DNA of 39,717 nucleotides from Octopus bimaculoides (GCF_001194135.2 NC_068995.1:30670441-30710157), one strand, 5' to 3'. Positions 1 to 12,213 are shown, numbered from the stretch's first letter. Numbers and translations are program-made. The notes: generated by a model from the sequence alone, not told the origin.

Positions 1-221
1 TATCAGATTACTCCTGATATTTCTCCTACAATGGACCAGTCACTGGATAAGTTTGGCACAGAAATGTTAACATAGAGTGGTGAATAAATCGATATATCGA
101 ATTTGAAGTCTCTGTCTCTTTTGAATATGAAAATTTAAAAGTTTAAAAACCTTATGATATAAATATAAACTGTGAGAACGACCCTTAAGGAATCTAATTA
201 ATGATCTCCTAAGGTAAGTTC

Positions 222-253
222 TTATGCTATATTGGTAACGGTTGCTACATCCT
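222..253 (-). CDS. Possible short terminal exon (phase 1: xAG DVATVTNIA*) of the Cys-rich gene
   Basis: ttttcccag acceptor whose phase is compatible with the 1646 donor; weak pyrimidine tract next to (TA)n and no homology support. Confidence 0.2.
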
Positions 254-288
254 CTGGGAAAATTATTATATATATATATATACTTATA

Positions 289-324
<36 letters not shown>

Positions 325-1384
325 ATGACACATACACACACGTTTGGGTATAAAAACAGGAGAGAAAGTATCCAATTCATTTGTAGAGAAACTCTGAGTT
401 GCGACAGAGTCACAGAGTTTTTATGAACGTTTAATTTTACACCATTTTTTTTTGACAGTATTAACGATCGCCTGATAGGTTTTAGTGTTCTTTCTTCAAC
501 TTTAGGCAAATTTCACTCCATTGAGATTTTTTTTTTTTATGTCATTCAGTCCATCCTTATCCACCTCACTTATTTCTGTCACGTCATTAACAAACTTCAG
601 TTATTTCTCTTAGTTCACTTTTTGTTATTATCCAAATTACTAGTGACCAAAACAGTTTCTCTATTTGTAAAAACATCACAATTCATTGACCAGGCTGTAC
701 CTCGTTGAAACATTTCCCTATGTGACATCTTGTCCACCAACAAACATCGATTATTTTACCTCTAAGCATGAAAATTAATTTTCCTGAGAAATTGATTTTT
801 AATTCCTTGAAATTATCTTCAAAGAAAAACTTGGATTAATCAACAAAGTATATATAACTGTAGAGGCCAGCGGTGGCATCATCCATATATGGCAGGCTGT
901 CTTTACTGAACTATGGCCGTCTTTACTGTAATAGAGTAGAAAAATAGCCATAACTGTGAAATCAGCAGAGGCCAACCGGATAGTAACTTCATTACACTTT
1001 TGTTTAATCACTCCTTAGTTTATTTCTAAACTACAGTTTAGAAATAAAGGTTACAAGTTCAAATACAGTCCTTTAGACACATAATCAGTGCTCAAAAGAA
1101 TCTATATTCAAGTATATGTATTAAATCTTTTTTTTTTATCTCTATCGCAAAAAGAACTTGGAATATGATTAGATTCGTCTTCCATTTAGGGTTGAAACTG
1201 CATTGGTAGGAGGCAACAATTTTAATTTCATCTTTAGAAAACTAGATGAATTTTTAATGTCTTTATCCGAAGTGCTTTTTCAAACATCAAGAAAACACTG
1301 TAGATGGTGCTTAAAGATTCTAAAACAACTTCAGATCACGAATGGTTTCTCTTCATTAATTCTATTTTATTTTCTCTGAGAGAG

Positions 1385-1590
1385 GGTATCTACGTGGTCA
1401 CGCAGCCTTCTAGAAATAGGAGCTAAATCTCCCTCAAACCTCGCCGTATTGTCTTTGAAAAAGAAAAGATTATATAAGATTATGTAGTCCTAGATACACT
1501 ATGTCTGAAATAAGATGATATGGTGAAGGCTGGAAAGTTTTTATAAGACGTTTATTCAATCAAGATTGATCTGAAACTAAACTATATACT
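1385..1590 (+). repeat. Dispersed ~180-bp repeat family; other copies at 8430-8620 (+), 26800-26980 (-), 28935-29100 (+), 30255-30415 (+), 36680-36820 (+)
   Basis: Shared blocks ctagaaatag…aaatctc(c/t)ctcaaa, atgtagtcctagata and g(g)ctgga(a)…ttt(a/g)atcata. Confidence 0.65.
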
Positions 1591-1645
1591 GTCTCATCAA
1601 ATTTTCCACTTTGTATAAAACTGTTTATTAACATCTCCTACTTAC

Positions 1646-1978
1646 TTTTTTGTTTTGGATGTACAGTCGTTTTACTTCCATCTGGATCCCAGTCGCAGAT
1701 ACACTTCTCTTCATTCCAAATCATAGATTTCTTCCCCTTAAATTGGTTGCAATCTTTCGATTCCCAAATCAGTCCATTCCAGCGTTTGTATAACCCAGGG
1801 GCATCTCCTTTCACGAAATCATTGCACTTATTTTTCTGATTCATTTTGTCATAAGTGCACTGACACAGATTCTGGTTCCACACTAAAAATCCACAATCAA
1901 CTTCGATCCAAAACTTTCCATCAAGCATTTGGAATTTTGTTCTTGACCCTGGATGAGCTCGGTGGGTTCTTTGACATT
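1646..1978 (-). CDS. Internal exon encoding two tandem 4-Cys Trp-rich modules, chitin-binding type-2-like / Pif-like
   Basis: Polypyrimidine tract plus ctcag acceptor at 1979 and A|GTAAGT donor at 1645; 333 nt, phase 1/1, stop-free. Modules are C-x27-C-x9-C-x-C (…FWIEVDCGFLVWNQNLCQC) and C-x24-C-x15-C-x-C (…IWESKDC…IWNEEKCICDW). The domain name is by recalled resemblance only. Confidence 0.8.
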
Positions 1979-2568
1979 CTGAGTAACAAAAAATATATAT
2001 AAAAAAAAGAATCGCAGATTTTTCGAACAAATATCAGTTTATTTTCTATGAAATTCTAATTTGAATAACTTGGAGTAGGATACATAACACTGTGGAAGAA
2101 CACATCGATTAAGTCATTTGTATTACGGAATGTACTGCAGGCATGAATCTAATTGTCTCCACTTGCATCTTATTTTCCTAATTCCCTTGAGAATACTCTC
2201 TTTTGCCCCAAATCAGAGACGTACAACCCGTCTTATATTATCTTATAATCTTATATTATTTGTTCAGTGTTTTTTTCATAAAAGTCGGTGATGGCTGGAA
2301 CAAACGTAATAGCGTTTGTAAAAACTCGTAGTTTCATCCACTTTGATGGCAGCTGACATGAGTGACATAGTTATATTCAATAAGAAAGAGTCAACACTTT
2401 TTCTCTAGTCTGTGACCATGTGTGTCATGTTTACAGGAGATATAGGTTCGAGCCCCACAGGCAGACTTTGACTTGTGTATCCAAAGCGCTTTTTCAAACC
2501 GATATTTGAACTCTATTATTTATAACTTTATCTGACTTAAGTTTCTGATATCCATCGCCCCAAAAGAG

Positions 2569-2632
<64 letters not shown>

Positions 2633-2634
<2 letters not shown>

Positions 2635-3482
2635 ACATTCCACAAGTTTTTAAAATTTTTAGGAGAGGCAGTTATAACTGTTCTGCATTATTGTAATTTT
2701 AGTATATCATTACAATAAATCTAAAAGCTGACTTGCAGTCAACTTTTGTCATTTTAAATTGAAGGAGACGGCTGTAACATCATTTTGAACACATCCTACT
2801 AAACACTGCTTTTCACAGTTGAGTAGTAAGCAGAAATGCAGTCGGGACGTGAAGACAGTTTAGGAACTCACTGTGCAAAAGTTTTCTGTTAAACTGGTCA
2901 AAAACGCAACAGAAACTTATGAAACGCTCCCGACTGCTTATGGATTAACCGTACCGAGCATCTGCTCTTCGCTGGCACAAGAGGCCAGGTGGAGTAAGTT
3001 TATCGGGAAACTCATGATGATCCCCTTTTTCTACAGCAAGGGCATCATCTGCATCTATTTGGTTTTCTCTGGCCAGATGGTCAACAAAAAGTATTTTATG
3101 AAAGTTTTAAGGGCGTTCAGAAAAATGTAAGAGCAAAAGGCCAGAAAACCTGCACTAAAACAATGCACCAGTCCACATTTTCATCCTGGTAACCAACTAC
3201 TTGACAAAGATGGGCGTCAAAACAGTCCCTCACCTTCCCTACAATTCAGACCTTGCTCCTTGTGACTTTGTTCCCCAAGCTAAAGATGAAGAGGGCTGTG
3301 ACAAGAGTTGTGGACCCCTTCACTTTGAAGGACTTCCATGGGACCTCCATGAAGTTGCTTGAGCGCTACAAGTGCATTGAAATCAGTGGATCTTACTTTG
3401 AAAGTGATTAGAGTTCTGTACGTCTTTGAAATTAAGGAATGCCTCTCCTGAAAAAGACTCAAAACTTCTGGAATGCACCTTG
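2633..3482 (+). mobile_element. Decayed, internally deleted mariner DNA transposon
   Basis: Relic HTH (KFSVKLVKNATETYE), KLMMIPFFYSKGI and a PYSPDLAPCDF-like segment (ccctacaattcagaccttgctccttgtgac). The 3' end gaatgcaccttg|ta is partly mirrored by cattccacaagtttt near 2636. Confidence 0.8.
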
Positions 3483-3507
3483 TAAATATATATATATATA
3501 TATATAG

Positions 3508-3538
<31 letters not shown>

Positions 3539-5290
3539 TGTATGTATATATGTGTGTGTGTATGTATACATAGGTTCGTTCAACGAGCCTGCAAGACTGA
3601 GTCAAACTCTTATTAAATAACGTATGTGTGTGTGTCAGATCAAATCAGTCTTGACTAAATCAGTGTATCCTAATCTATTTTTATCTTTCTTCCCACTTGT
3701 ATGGCTGCGAGTTGCTATATTTAGATATGTTCCTACTCCACCAAACAAACAATATCAACATTGAACATAAATAATGAAATAAGTAAATATTTCCAAAACG
3801 AAAATATATCCTCACATGTCCAATTTCTAGGACAGACGTCACTAATGATAGGAATCTAATATTCTTATCGCTGTTTACCATTATTCTCAAAAGCTGCAGC
3901 AAGAGCATTATCAGCACAATCGTAGCAATTATTATTATTATTATTATTATTATTATTGTTGTTGTTGTTGTCATCGTCGTCATCACCACCAGCAGCAGCA
4001 AACAGGTCGAGCTTATCAATATAATATATTCGTTTATTGCAACTATTTGTTGTTTGTGATTTTCAATTAAGACGTTTCCCATCCGAAAATAGAAAATAAA
4101 CCAAGAAAGAAACAACTTATAAAAGCACAATAAGAGAAAAATATTTAGTTTTGCTTTATATTATTTTCTGTTTTTGTTTTTGTTTTTCTTGAGTTGCGAA
4201 CAACGTTGTGTTAAAACCTCTTTCACAGATATAAGCAATAACGAAATGCAATAATATTTATGCGGCATCTTATTCTATTATACGATTATCGATAGAAAAT
4301 AAAATGCCAAACCAATTATATTGTATCCACAACAAAATGCCAATCTAATTATTGTTGAACTGTGTAACAACAAAAATAGCAGACAAACCATTTATGCCAT
4401 GATGACGTGAGAAAAAGACGTGCTGATTGGCATAATTTGGTGGTAGACGAACAAGGAATTGCTGGACGTATTTACTTTTAGCTATTTTTAATTCACTTCA
4501 TGGTCTGAGTTCAAGTCCAGCCAAAGTTGACTTTGATTTTCATCAGATGTGTTCGTTTCTTTTTGCTTTTTTCGTATGTGTGTGTGTGTGTGAGGGGGTG
4601 TATAACGAATGGAAGAAAAGTATTCAATGGAAAATAGTCTATTTAGGTAGTAGTTGAGTGTTAGGAGCGGTGTTTGAAATGAGTTTTTGCTTGCGTTGGA
4701 GATGAGAGTTTGGAAACCGCTGTATGGGGCTGGTTAAGCAAATGACAAAATGGCTTGTGGTATTTAACTATACTTCGTTATGTTCTGAGTACAAATAGTG
4801 CCATTCTTTCTTTACTTTACTTTCCGGGTTTGGTAAAAATTAAATGCCGTCTAATACTGGGTTCGATGATATCGATTAGCTCCCATTCCCAAATGTTAGT
4901 CCTTGTGCCTGTGCTAAAGACAAGTAGTAGTAGTAGTAGTAGTTGTTGTTGTTGTTGTTGTTGCTGTTGTTGTGTCATCACCACCACTGCATGAAGTAAG
5001 ATTAGTAGAGTAGTCGAAATGGTAAACGTTCAGTTGCTTACCTTGAAGAGAGATTTTTCTTTCAGCTCCACAATAAAGTATCAACAGCCAGAAGTAAATG
5101 TAAGTGATATATAACACAAACTGAAATTATATAGAATATTTTTGAATTTCAAACGTTTAATATTTTGTTTGTTTTGTGTTACACTAATTTATACGACCAA
5201 ATGTCCTTTAATATTGTTCTATATGCCATAAGATATATACAATACGTCATCCAACACAATATTATACACGTTATACAATATTGCAATGTG

Positions 5291-5620
5291 AAGGTGCATA
5301 GCTCAGTAGTTAAAGCGTCGGGCTCGCAATCATGAGGTACGAGTTCGATTCCCGGGCCGGGTTGTGTATTGTATTCTTGAGCAAGACACTTTATTTCACT
5401 CAACTGTAGAAATGAGTTGCGACGTCACGGGTGCCAAGCTTTATCGGCCTTTGCCTTTCCCTTGGAAAACATCAGTGGCGTGAAGGTGGGCGGCCGGTAT
5501 GCATGGGCGACTGCTGGTCTTCCATAAACAACCTTGCCCAGACTTGTGCCTCAGAAGGGGACTTTCTTGGTGCAATTCCATGGTCAGTCATGACCGAAGA
5601 GAGGCTTTACCCCTATACAA
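5291..5620 (+). mobile_element. tRNA-derived SINE
   Basis: A-box tagctcagtagttaaag and B-box gagttcgattccc, followed by the ttcttgagcaagacacttta core-like block. Confidence 0.75.
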
Positions 5621-5739
5621 TATTGTAGTATATATGTCATACAATATGGTATTATATAAGTCATGCAATAATACATTATATATCACTTTACCACTGCATC
5701 GACCAGACTATCGGATGTTGTTATACACCCCTGATAACA

Positions 5740-5981
5740 ATGCGTTTACTTGCCTTGCTTTAGATTTCGAATGATGTCACCCTCACCTCACTGGCTATGC
5801 AAGCAGCCAACATTACCTTTGGATAGAGCGCTAGTCCGTCGCAGAGTTATTCTATTTACAGTTGAGTGAACTGGAGCAACGTGTTTTGCTCAAGAATACA
5901 ACGCATCGACTGTCTGGAAATGGAAACCACTACCTTGCGATCCTGAGTACAACACCCTAACCATTGGGCCACGCGCCTCCA
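5740..5981 (-). mobile_element. tRNA-derived SINE, convergent with the 5291 copy
   Basis: Minus strand reads ggaggcgcgtggcccaatggttaggg…ttcttgagcaaaacac…tcactcaactgta; shares its core with the 5291 copy. Confidence 0.7.
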
Positions 5982-6247
5982 TATATTACACTCACACGCA
6001 CACACACACATGCACACACACATATGTATATGCATGTATGTATATACATATATATATACATATATATATATATGTATCATATACCACACAATATTACATT
6101 ATGTCATACAATATTGTATTATACAAATGGTCATAGAAAGTTACATACCACATTGATTATATGCTTAACTATACGATATCAAAACGCATAGTAACTGTCT
6201 GCCATACTATACCATTCTATAGCAACTATATGTCCACCTTATAGCTA

Positions 6248-6333
6248 GTGTCGTCGTCGTCGTCGTCGTCGTTGTTCTTGTTGTCGCTGCTGCTGCTGCT
6301 GCTGCCGCTGCCGCTGCTGCTGCTGTTGTTGTT
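6248..6333. repeat. Compound trinucleotide array (GTC)n(GTT)(GCT)n(GTT)n
   Basis: Direct reading. Similar arrays at 3927-4000 (ATT/GTT/CAG) and 4922-4975 (AGT/TGT). Confidence 0.9.
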
Positions 6334-6947
6334 ATTTGGCTACCGATCACATTTGACCATTCCACCCTAATTTGTATTAAATGAGACTTTATTCCCATAT
6401 TTAATGGGAGAGTGCGATTTGAGGGCTGTTTTTTTTCTCTCACGACTCGAGTGAGGACGAAGAGACTCAGGTATTAAAAGTTAAAATACACACACACACA
6501 TCATCATATTACATCACATGAAGTCTGTAATCAAAGCCAGAATTGGAATTTCCAAATTGAGAAAATCCTAGAATAACTGTTGGTCGGTGATTGAATATTT
6601 CCGAATAATTTAGCAGACGTAACAGTTACGTCTAATGAAACATTAGATGTGTGTGAGCGTGCACGAGTGCATGTGTACACGGGATCCAGAATATGAGATC
6701 CGAATAACTACATGTGAGGTGCCAGCTGTTTCAAGCGAAAATAACACTTCTCTATTTGGTATTGGGTGCTATTTTATGTCCGTTATACATGCATACACAC
6801 ACACACACACACACACATACATACATACATACATACACAGATATATATACTCGTATATCTCGCCATGTTAGACCGTTAAACTCTGCACTTTTTTCTCTCT
6901 CCGTTTTTTTTTTTTTTCATTCTCTCTCCACTTTTGTCCTCTTAATC

Positions 6948-6983
6948 CTTTCTGTTGAAGAGAGTAGGCTCGAAACGTAAAAG
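6948..6983 (+). ncRNA. Degenerate minimal type-I hammerhead-ribozyme-like motif inside a dispersed repeat
   Basis: cttt-CTGTTGA-A-gag(agtagg)ctc-GAAA-CGT-A-aaag. Stem I cttt/aaag, stem II gag/ctc and palindromic ACGT are present, but the core reads CUGUUGA instead of CUGAUGA. Confidence 0.45.
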
Positions 6984-7084
6984 ACTTTTCAATTTTTCCC
7001 GAGCGTTAAACTAATACACCTGCTTGTTTTTCCCTACACCTGTCTTCGTTTTTCGTTTTCTTTAAATTTGAACTACATATGTAT

Positions 7085-7600
7085 ATACTAGCTGGTGTAC
7101 CCGGTAATTCCCAGGGGTAAAGATGTTCTATTGAAACGCCTTATTATTCTGACATAAGAAAGCAATTTCGTTATAACTGCCACAAAAGATGTATTTTCCG
7201 TCACGAAAAAGTACAAAAACTGTCAGCTAGAGGAGGGAGATATTGTTGAGGGTTGGCGAGAGAGGTTTTCTGAGATTGGCAAGAAAGATTGTTGGAGCTT
7301 GGTGAGAGAGATCATCGGAGGTTGTCGAGAGAGGTTTTCGGAGGTTGGTGAGAGAGGTTGTCGTTCACAAAAACTGTTGTTTTACAGTGAGAAAAGCGTT
7401 GTTGAAGTGTTAAGTGAAAATCGGCAATCGAGGATCGAATCCACGCTATGCCTGCATGAATCCACAAAAAATACGTTGAGGAAAAAAATTATCTACCGTC
7501 ATGGAGAAAGTGTAACTGTAAAAATGCAGAATTATCGGAGTAATGGGCATTCAAAAACGCATGTATGTATAGAAATGTATGAATGAAGTCTTTAATGTTT
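7085..7600 (+). mobile_element. Possible non-autonomous Helitron/Helentron-type element with an internal 23-bp minisatellite
   Basis: Starts actagctggtgtacccgg; about 5-6 copies of ggaggttggcgagagaggttttc at 7230-7363; ends near atgtatgtatag. Class assigned by recalled resemblance only. Confidence 0.35.
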
Positions 7601-7904
7601 AAGATTCAAATTAAGGAAGTGTAATAATAATGTTTAGCAGTTCAAACTGTGAGTAGTGAAATGTAGAATTAGGTCGGCTGATCGTGAGAATCAAATATTG
7701 ATCGCATCGCTAAAAACTGCAGGTGGTATGGGTTATTTCTATACACACACAAAATATCGATATTCAAAGTAATCAAACATAAACAATGAAACCTGTAAAA
7801 TATTTCTAAATTCGATGGCTCAATTAGTTTCATGAAAATGTTGTATGAACTGTAAATAAGCAATAAATATTATGATTTGGAAAATAAATATAAGTGATGC
7901 AGAG

Positions 7905-8108
7905 TGTCCCAACTGAATGTCCCAACTGCCCGTGAAATTAACATGCAAATGGCTGAGTACTGTGACACAGAATATGACAAGGCTAGTCCTTTGAAATGCA
8001 GGTACTACTTATTTTTGCTAAATAAGTGGACTGGTGCAATAAAGCGCTTCCGGGAATCGAACTTATGATCGTGAGCTGAATATCCTAACCACTGAGCCAC
8101 CCGCCTTC
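7905..8108 (-). mobile_element. tRNA-derived SINE, related to 23745-23990
   Basis: Minus strand head gtggctcagtggttagg…gttcgattcccgg; body gccttgtcatattctgtgtcac…gttaatttcacg shared with 23745-23990. Confidence 0.7.
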
Positions 8109-9139
8109 AAGAAACTAAGATACTGCACAGAGTATCTAGTGATTCAATAGAATGTCTAAAATTTCAAAGCAAGATTTAAAATATAATCAACTTGTCCTAA
8201 ATCTTCTCTATATTACTGGGGATTATAGGCAACGTCTGAAACGACTAATGTGTCTTCATTTAATCGGTCAGAGGCCAAACATAATTTTGAAATAGAAGTA
8301 ATCAAAATGAAAGAAATATTTAACCATTAGTTCTTGTCAGTTGAACATGTTGTTACAGTTTGGATTCACGTAGTTGGGATGTCTTTGACCATTGATTTGT
8401 TTGTTTAGAGCTAACCTAGAGTTAGAGGAAGCCTCTATGTAATCGCTTCACTTGCTTAACCAAATCCCCTTCAAATCTCTTCCCCAAATCTCTTTCAAAT
8501 CACCAACCATCCTTGAAATAGAGAGAACACATTAGGTAATGCAGTTGTAGATAAGCTTCCAAAAGTCGAAACGGTCACGATTGGAACGTCTGCTCGGTCA
8601 AAGGATGACCTAATGGTCAATAAAAACAATAACATTCATAAAATATGAAATATCAATGTTAATAAATAAAACTAATTAATAAACTTACTGTCATATTTTC
8701 TTCCTCGCTGGTAATTAAGGATTGATTCAGCTGAACTGTATAGAAGTGGACGGAGCTGGACAGATGCGACTGGACAGAAGAGGATTGGATTGGAATGGAT
8801 TGAACTGGATAGAGATGTCCAACACAGAACATACGGTAGATAAGGATAGGTTGGCACTAGTGGTCACATTCACAGCTGATGTAACCACTTAGCAGATAGA
8901 TTTACCCCTGACAGAATAAAATACACTAAATTCTTATTATTATAATGATAATAATAATAATAATTTAGTACGTTTCTTATTATCCAGTTGCTTTTGCTAT
9001 CTTATTCTTCATTTTCTTCTTTATATCACTATTAATGTTATTATTGTTGTTGTTGTCTTAATCCTTTTCTTCAGAGAGAGGTAGTGGGGACAGAGTGATA
9101 ATCAAAGAGAAAAGACCTCAAAGTTAATTAACTCGTATC

Positions 9140-9281
9140 TACACAAACGCATATACATATGTATATACGTACGTGCGTACGTATGTATGCATGTACGTTT
9201 GTATGTGTATATGAATGTATAATGTATGTGTACTCATATGTGCGTGTGTACACACACACACACTCACATACACACACACAC

Positions 9282-9319
<38 letters not shown>

Positions 9320-9446
9320 TCACAATTATATGGGAGTGCATGGATACTTATGTATATGTATGTGTATACATATCTATATATATATATATATATATATATA
9401 CATGCATAATACATATACAAATATACGTATGTATGTATATACTTAT

Positions 9447-9522
<76 letters not shown>

Positions 9523-9535
9523 TATGTGTATATGA
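9140..9535. repeat. Compound microsatellite (TATG)n/(CA)n/(TA)n
   Basis: Direct reading; source of four spurious ORFs. Similar arrays at about 265-345, 2572-2632, 3487-3570, 5995-6075, 6790-6850, 18418-18493, 36610-36665 and 39659-39717. Confidence 0.95.
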
Positions 9536-10225
9536 TTGGCTGATATTTGCCGAGCTGTGGGTAAAAAGAACGGTAACATTAGAAATTGTGGTTAGTCACG
9601 TGCTGATCATTAGTGGAGTTCTCTAGTGTTTGAAATAGTTTATATATATATATTCACTAGCCTCTATGGCCGTCAAAATATATAAAAGTCACGCCGATAA
9701 TCCCGGCTTCTTTCTCTCCCCTCTCTCTCTCTCTCTCTCTTTCGAAATAACTTGTGCAAGTTGCAAATTTTGCTCTCCACACTGCTACCATCATCGTTAT
9801 TGTTTCAGTCTTCTGTTTGTTCTTGTTTAGCCCTAGGCCTGCCTTATTGAACAGGTCTATGAACAGACATTCCAGCAAGGACCGTTCAGTTTTGTTATGT
9901 TGTTTTGTTCTTTTTTTGTCTTGGGCTGTGCATCTAATAGGACATGTTATTATATAACGCGTCCTTCATTTAATAAGAAAGAGAGAATTTTCTGCTATTT
10001 CTAGCAGATCATGCGACCTCATAGAGGTTCACTTGCTTTGTCGCCGTGGTTGTTGTTATTCTTGCTAACTTCTTTTTGTTATTGTTTCTATTGTTACCAA
10101 CTTGTCTTTGTTGTTGTTGTTATTGCATCTCGTTCTTGTTTTTGCCAGCTTATTATTGCTGTTGTTGTTGTTGTTCTTACTAGATTGTTGATGCTGTTGT
10201 TTAGTTCCTGAAAAACAAACCCAAG

Positions 10226-10960
10226 AAAGAATATTTCCGAAGGGTAAAGCGGATATTAAAATCTAAACTGAATGACATAAATACCACGACTGCCATAAAA
10301 ACTCAAGAACGGTATCCATCATCAGGTACAGCACCGGAATAATCAAAAGGACAAAGAAAGATCTTGAGAACGAAGATAGAAATATGAGGAAATTGCACGC
10401 AATCTATAGAGCTTTACAATCCCAGGCAAATTCTGATAGATTGTATTTCAGCAAAAACTATAGAGGGAGAGGAATTGTTGAGTGTAGAAGGCTTGTGTGG
10501 AAGTAGGGGTAGAGAGGTTGAGGAAGTATATTTGTGACAGTGATGAGGTGTTTTTGATAGCAATAAGAAAAGAGAAAGAAGTGAATTTCTGGAACTGGAG
10601 CATAAACAAAAAAGTTTACACAAAATGGGAATTTTTTTTTCCCAAGTTCTGAAGAGTATCGAAATCAAATGTCATTTCAAATATTAAAGAACAGAGTGTG
10701 AAAGAGGCAAATAGCTTGATCCGAGCTGTACAGGATCAAGCAATCCAGAACATGATACATCAGGAAGAATATAGATAAGGAAGACGTCTAGGCTGCATGT
10801 AGAATGTGTAGTGAAAGAGAAGAGAGAGAGTTGCACAAATAATCTTTGTTATATTCTTACTTTGGCGAATCTGCAACAAATTATTCTTACCTTTGTGCCA
10901 TCAAAGGAAGGACTTAAAAGACTCTCAGATATTTCTATTCCTCATCTGTATCAATCTTCC

Positions 10961-10999
<39 letters not shown>

Positions 11000-11538
11000 N
11001 NNNNNNNNNATTATTTACTTTTAATCTGCATGTTTGTTACAATCACTTGCCGAGACACAATCAACGTCCTAGAGCGAGTGACGGATAAGACATGTTACGG
11101 TATGACTAAAAGTTTGGGGAGGGGAAATGGCAGGGACAGTAGCGAAATATCATCATGCAATGCAACACAGACAATATTATCTCTGGCTGCCCAGTCCTGG
11201 CTAAGAAGGAATATATTTACAGACACGACAGAGCTGGAACCTATATACACTGGAAGCTATGCCAACACTATGGAATAACAACAGAAAAAAGATGGTATAA
11301 ACACACGCCAGAAAAGGTCACAGAAAACGAGAAAGCAACCATACTCTGGGATATATCTATACACACAGATAGAGAAATTAAGGCCAATAGACCAGATATA
11401 GTTGTCAAAGATCATGAAGAAAAAAAATGCTTTCTAATTGATGTATCAATACCAGCAGATGACAACGTTTCCCTAAAAAATATGGAGAAACTTTCAAAAT
11501 ACAAAGACCTGGAAATAGAGGTAAGTCGAATGTGGAAT
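10226..11538 (+). mobile_element. R4/Dong-like non-LTR retrotransposon fragments (RT thumb, CCHC knuckle, restriction-like endonuclease)
   Basis: KEYFRRVKRILKSKLN at 10226 and CRMC near 10800; IISGCPVLAKKEYIYRHD…ANRPDIVV…FLIDVSIP…EKLSKYKDL in ORF 11155..11700. Interrupted by (TTA)n and N gaps, so it may be two copies. Confidence 0.85.
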
Positions 11539-11588
11539 NNNNNNNNNNNNNNNNNNNNNNNNNNNNNNNNNNNNNNNNNNNNNNNNNN

Positions 11589-11646
<58 letters not shown>

Positions 11647-11649
<3 letters not shown>

Positions 11650-12156
11650 GCCCAGATGCAGTACCAGGCAGTGGTTCTCATGGCTTCTGATCTTAACTGA
11701 TTGGAAGTGTTATCATATACATTGTTTTGTCTTGGTATAAAAGATGGGCTACAGCAAATATTGAGCATGTCCCTTGGTGGCTGACAACATGTGCATCTCT
11801 GATCATGAGCAGAAGTAGTGGGGGAGCATCATAGCCAAGTGTTGAGAGGAATTCTTTGGGGTTTGAATAATTCACCTTTGGAAACATGGATGTTTTGTTC
11901 AACATCCTTAAACAAACCTTATTCAGGGACCTTTTGAGCTGGATGGGCTACTCGACCTAAAGAAAATTCTAACTGAACCCCACCTGCAATATCATGCGCT
12001 GTTTATCTTGGTATGAAATCACTATGTCGCGCACATATGGTTGTGATGCATGTGCCCGGCGTACCTTTATCAGACGGGTTAATCATGATGGATATACTGG
12101 ACCTCGTATAATTTATCCTAGTGTTACTTTCATGGCATGCACTACCCTCTCACTCA
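11647..12156. repeat. About 500-bp non-microsatellite segment bracketed by (AAT)n arrays; probable dispersed repeat or LINE 3' region
   Basis: Lies between (AAT)n at 11589-11646 and 12157-12210. Resembles an abundant octopod repeat from memory; not searched. Confidence 0.35.

Positions 12157-12213
<57 letters not shown>

Noticed and set aside
612-1011. Short minus-strand frames (…HREMFQRGTAWSMNC…; ORF 799..1011) as further exons of the Cys-rich gene
   Set aside because: No acceptor/donor pair gives a stop-free phase-1 continuation with a matching Cys pattern.
1979-2030. Apparent signal peptide MFEKSAILFFIYIFCYSE at the start of ORF 1638..2030
   Set aside because: It starts at TTG and is the translated polypyrimidine tract before a canonical AG at 1980-1979, so it is intronic.
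3681-4130. 149-aa hydrophobic ORF resembling a membrane protein
   Set aside because: The hydrophobic core is translated (ATT)n/(GTT)n repeat; no recognisable motif or consistent splice sites.
4161-4430. CRE-like tgacgtga (4403-4410), several CCAAT boxes and a short minus-strand ORF MPHKYYCISLLLISVKE… (ATG 4268) as a possible promoter and first exon of the Cys-rich gene
   Set aside because: Such short motifs occur by chance, and the only nearby donor is weak and phase 0, incompatible with the phase-1 exon without an unseen exon.
5291-5360. tRNA-like A-box/B-box sequences here and at other SINE heads
   Set aside because: No complete cloverleaf or terminator, and each continues into a SINE body, so they are not called as tRNA genes.
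9128-9626. Several overlapping 60-155 aa ORFs rich in H/T/Y/I/C/V
   Set aside because: Translations of (CA)n, (TA)n and (TATG)n microsatellites; the same applies to ORFs at 67-509, 3383-3583, 5856-6191, 6714-6980 and 18375-18602.
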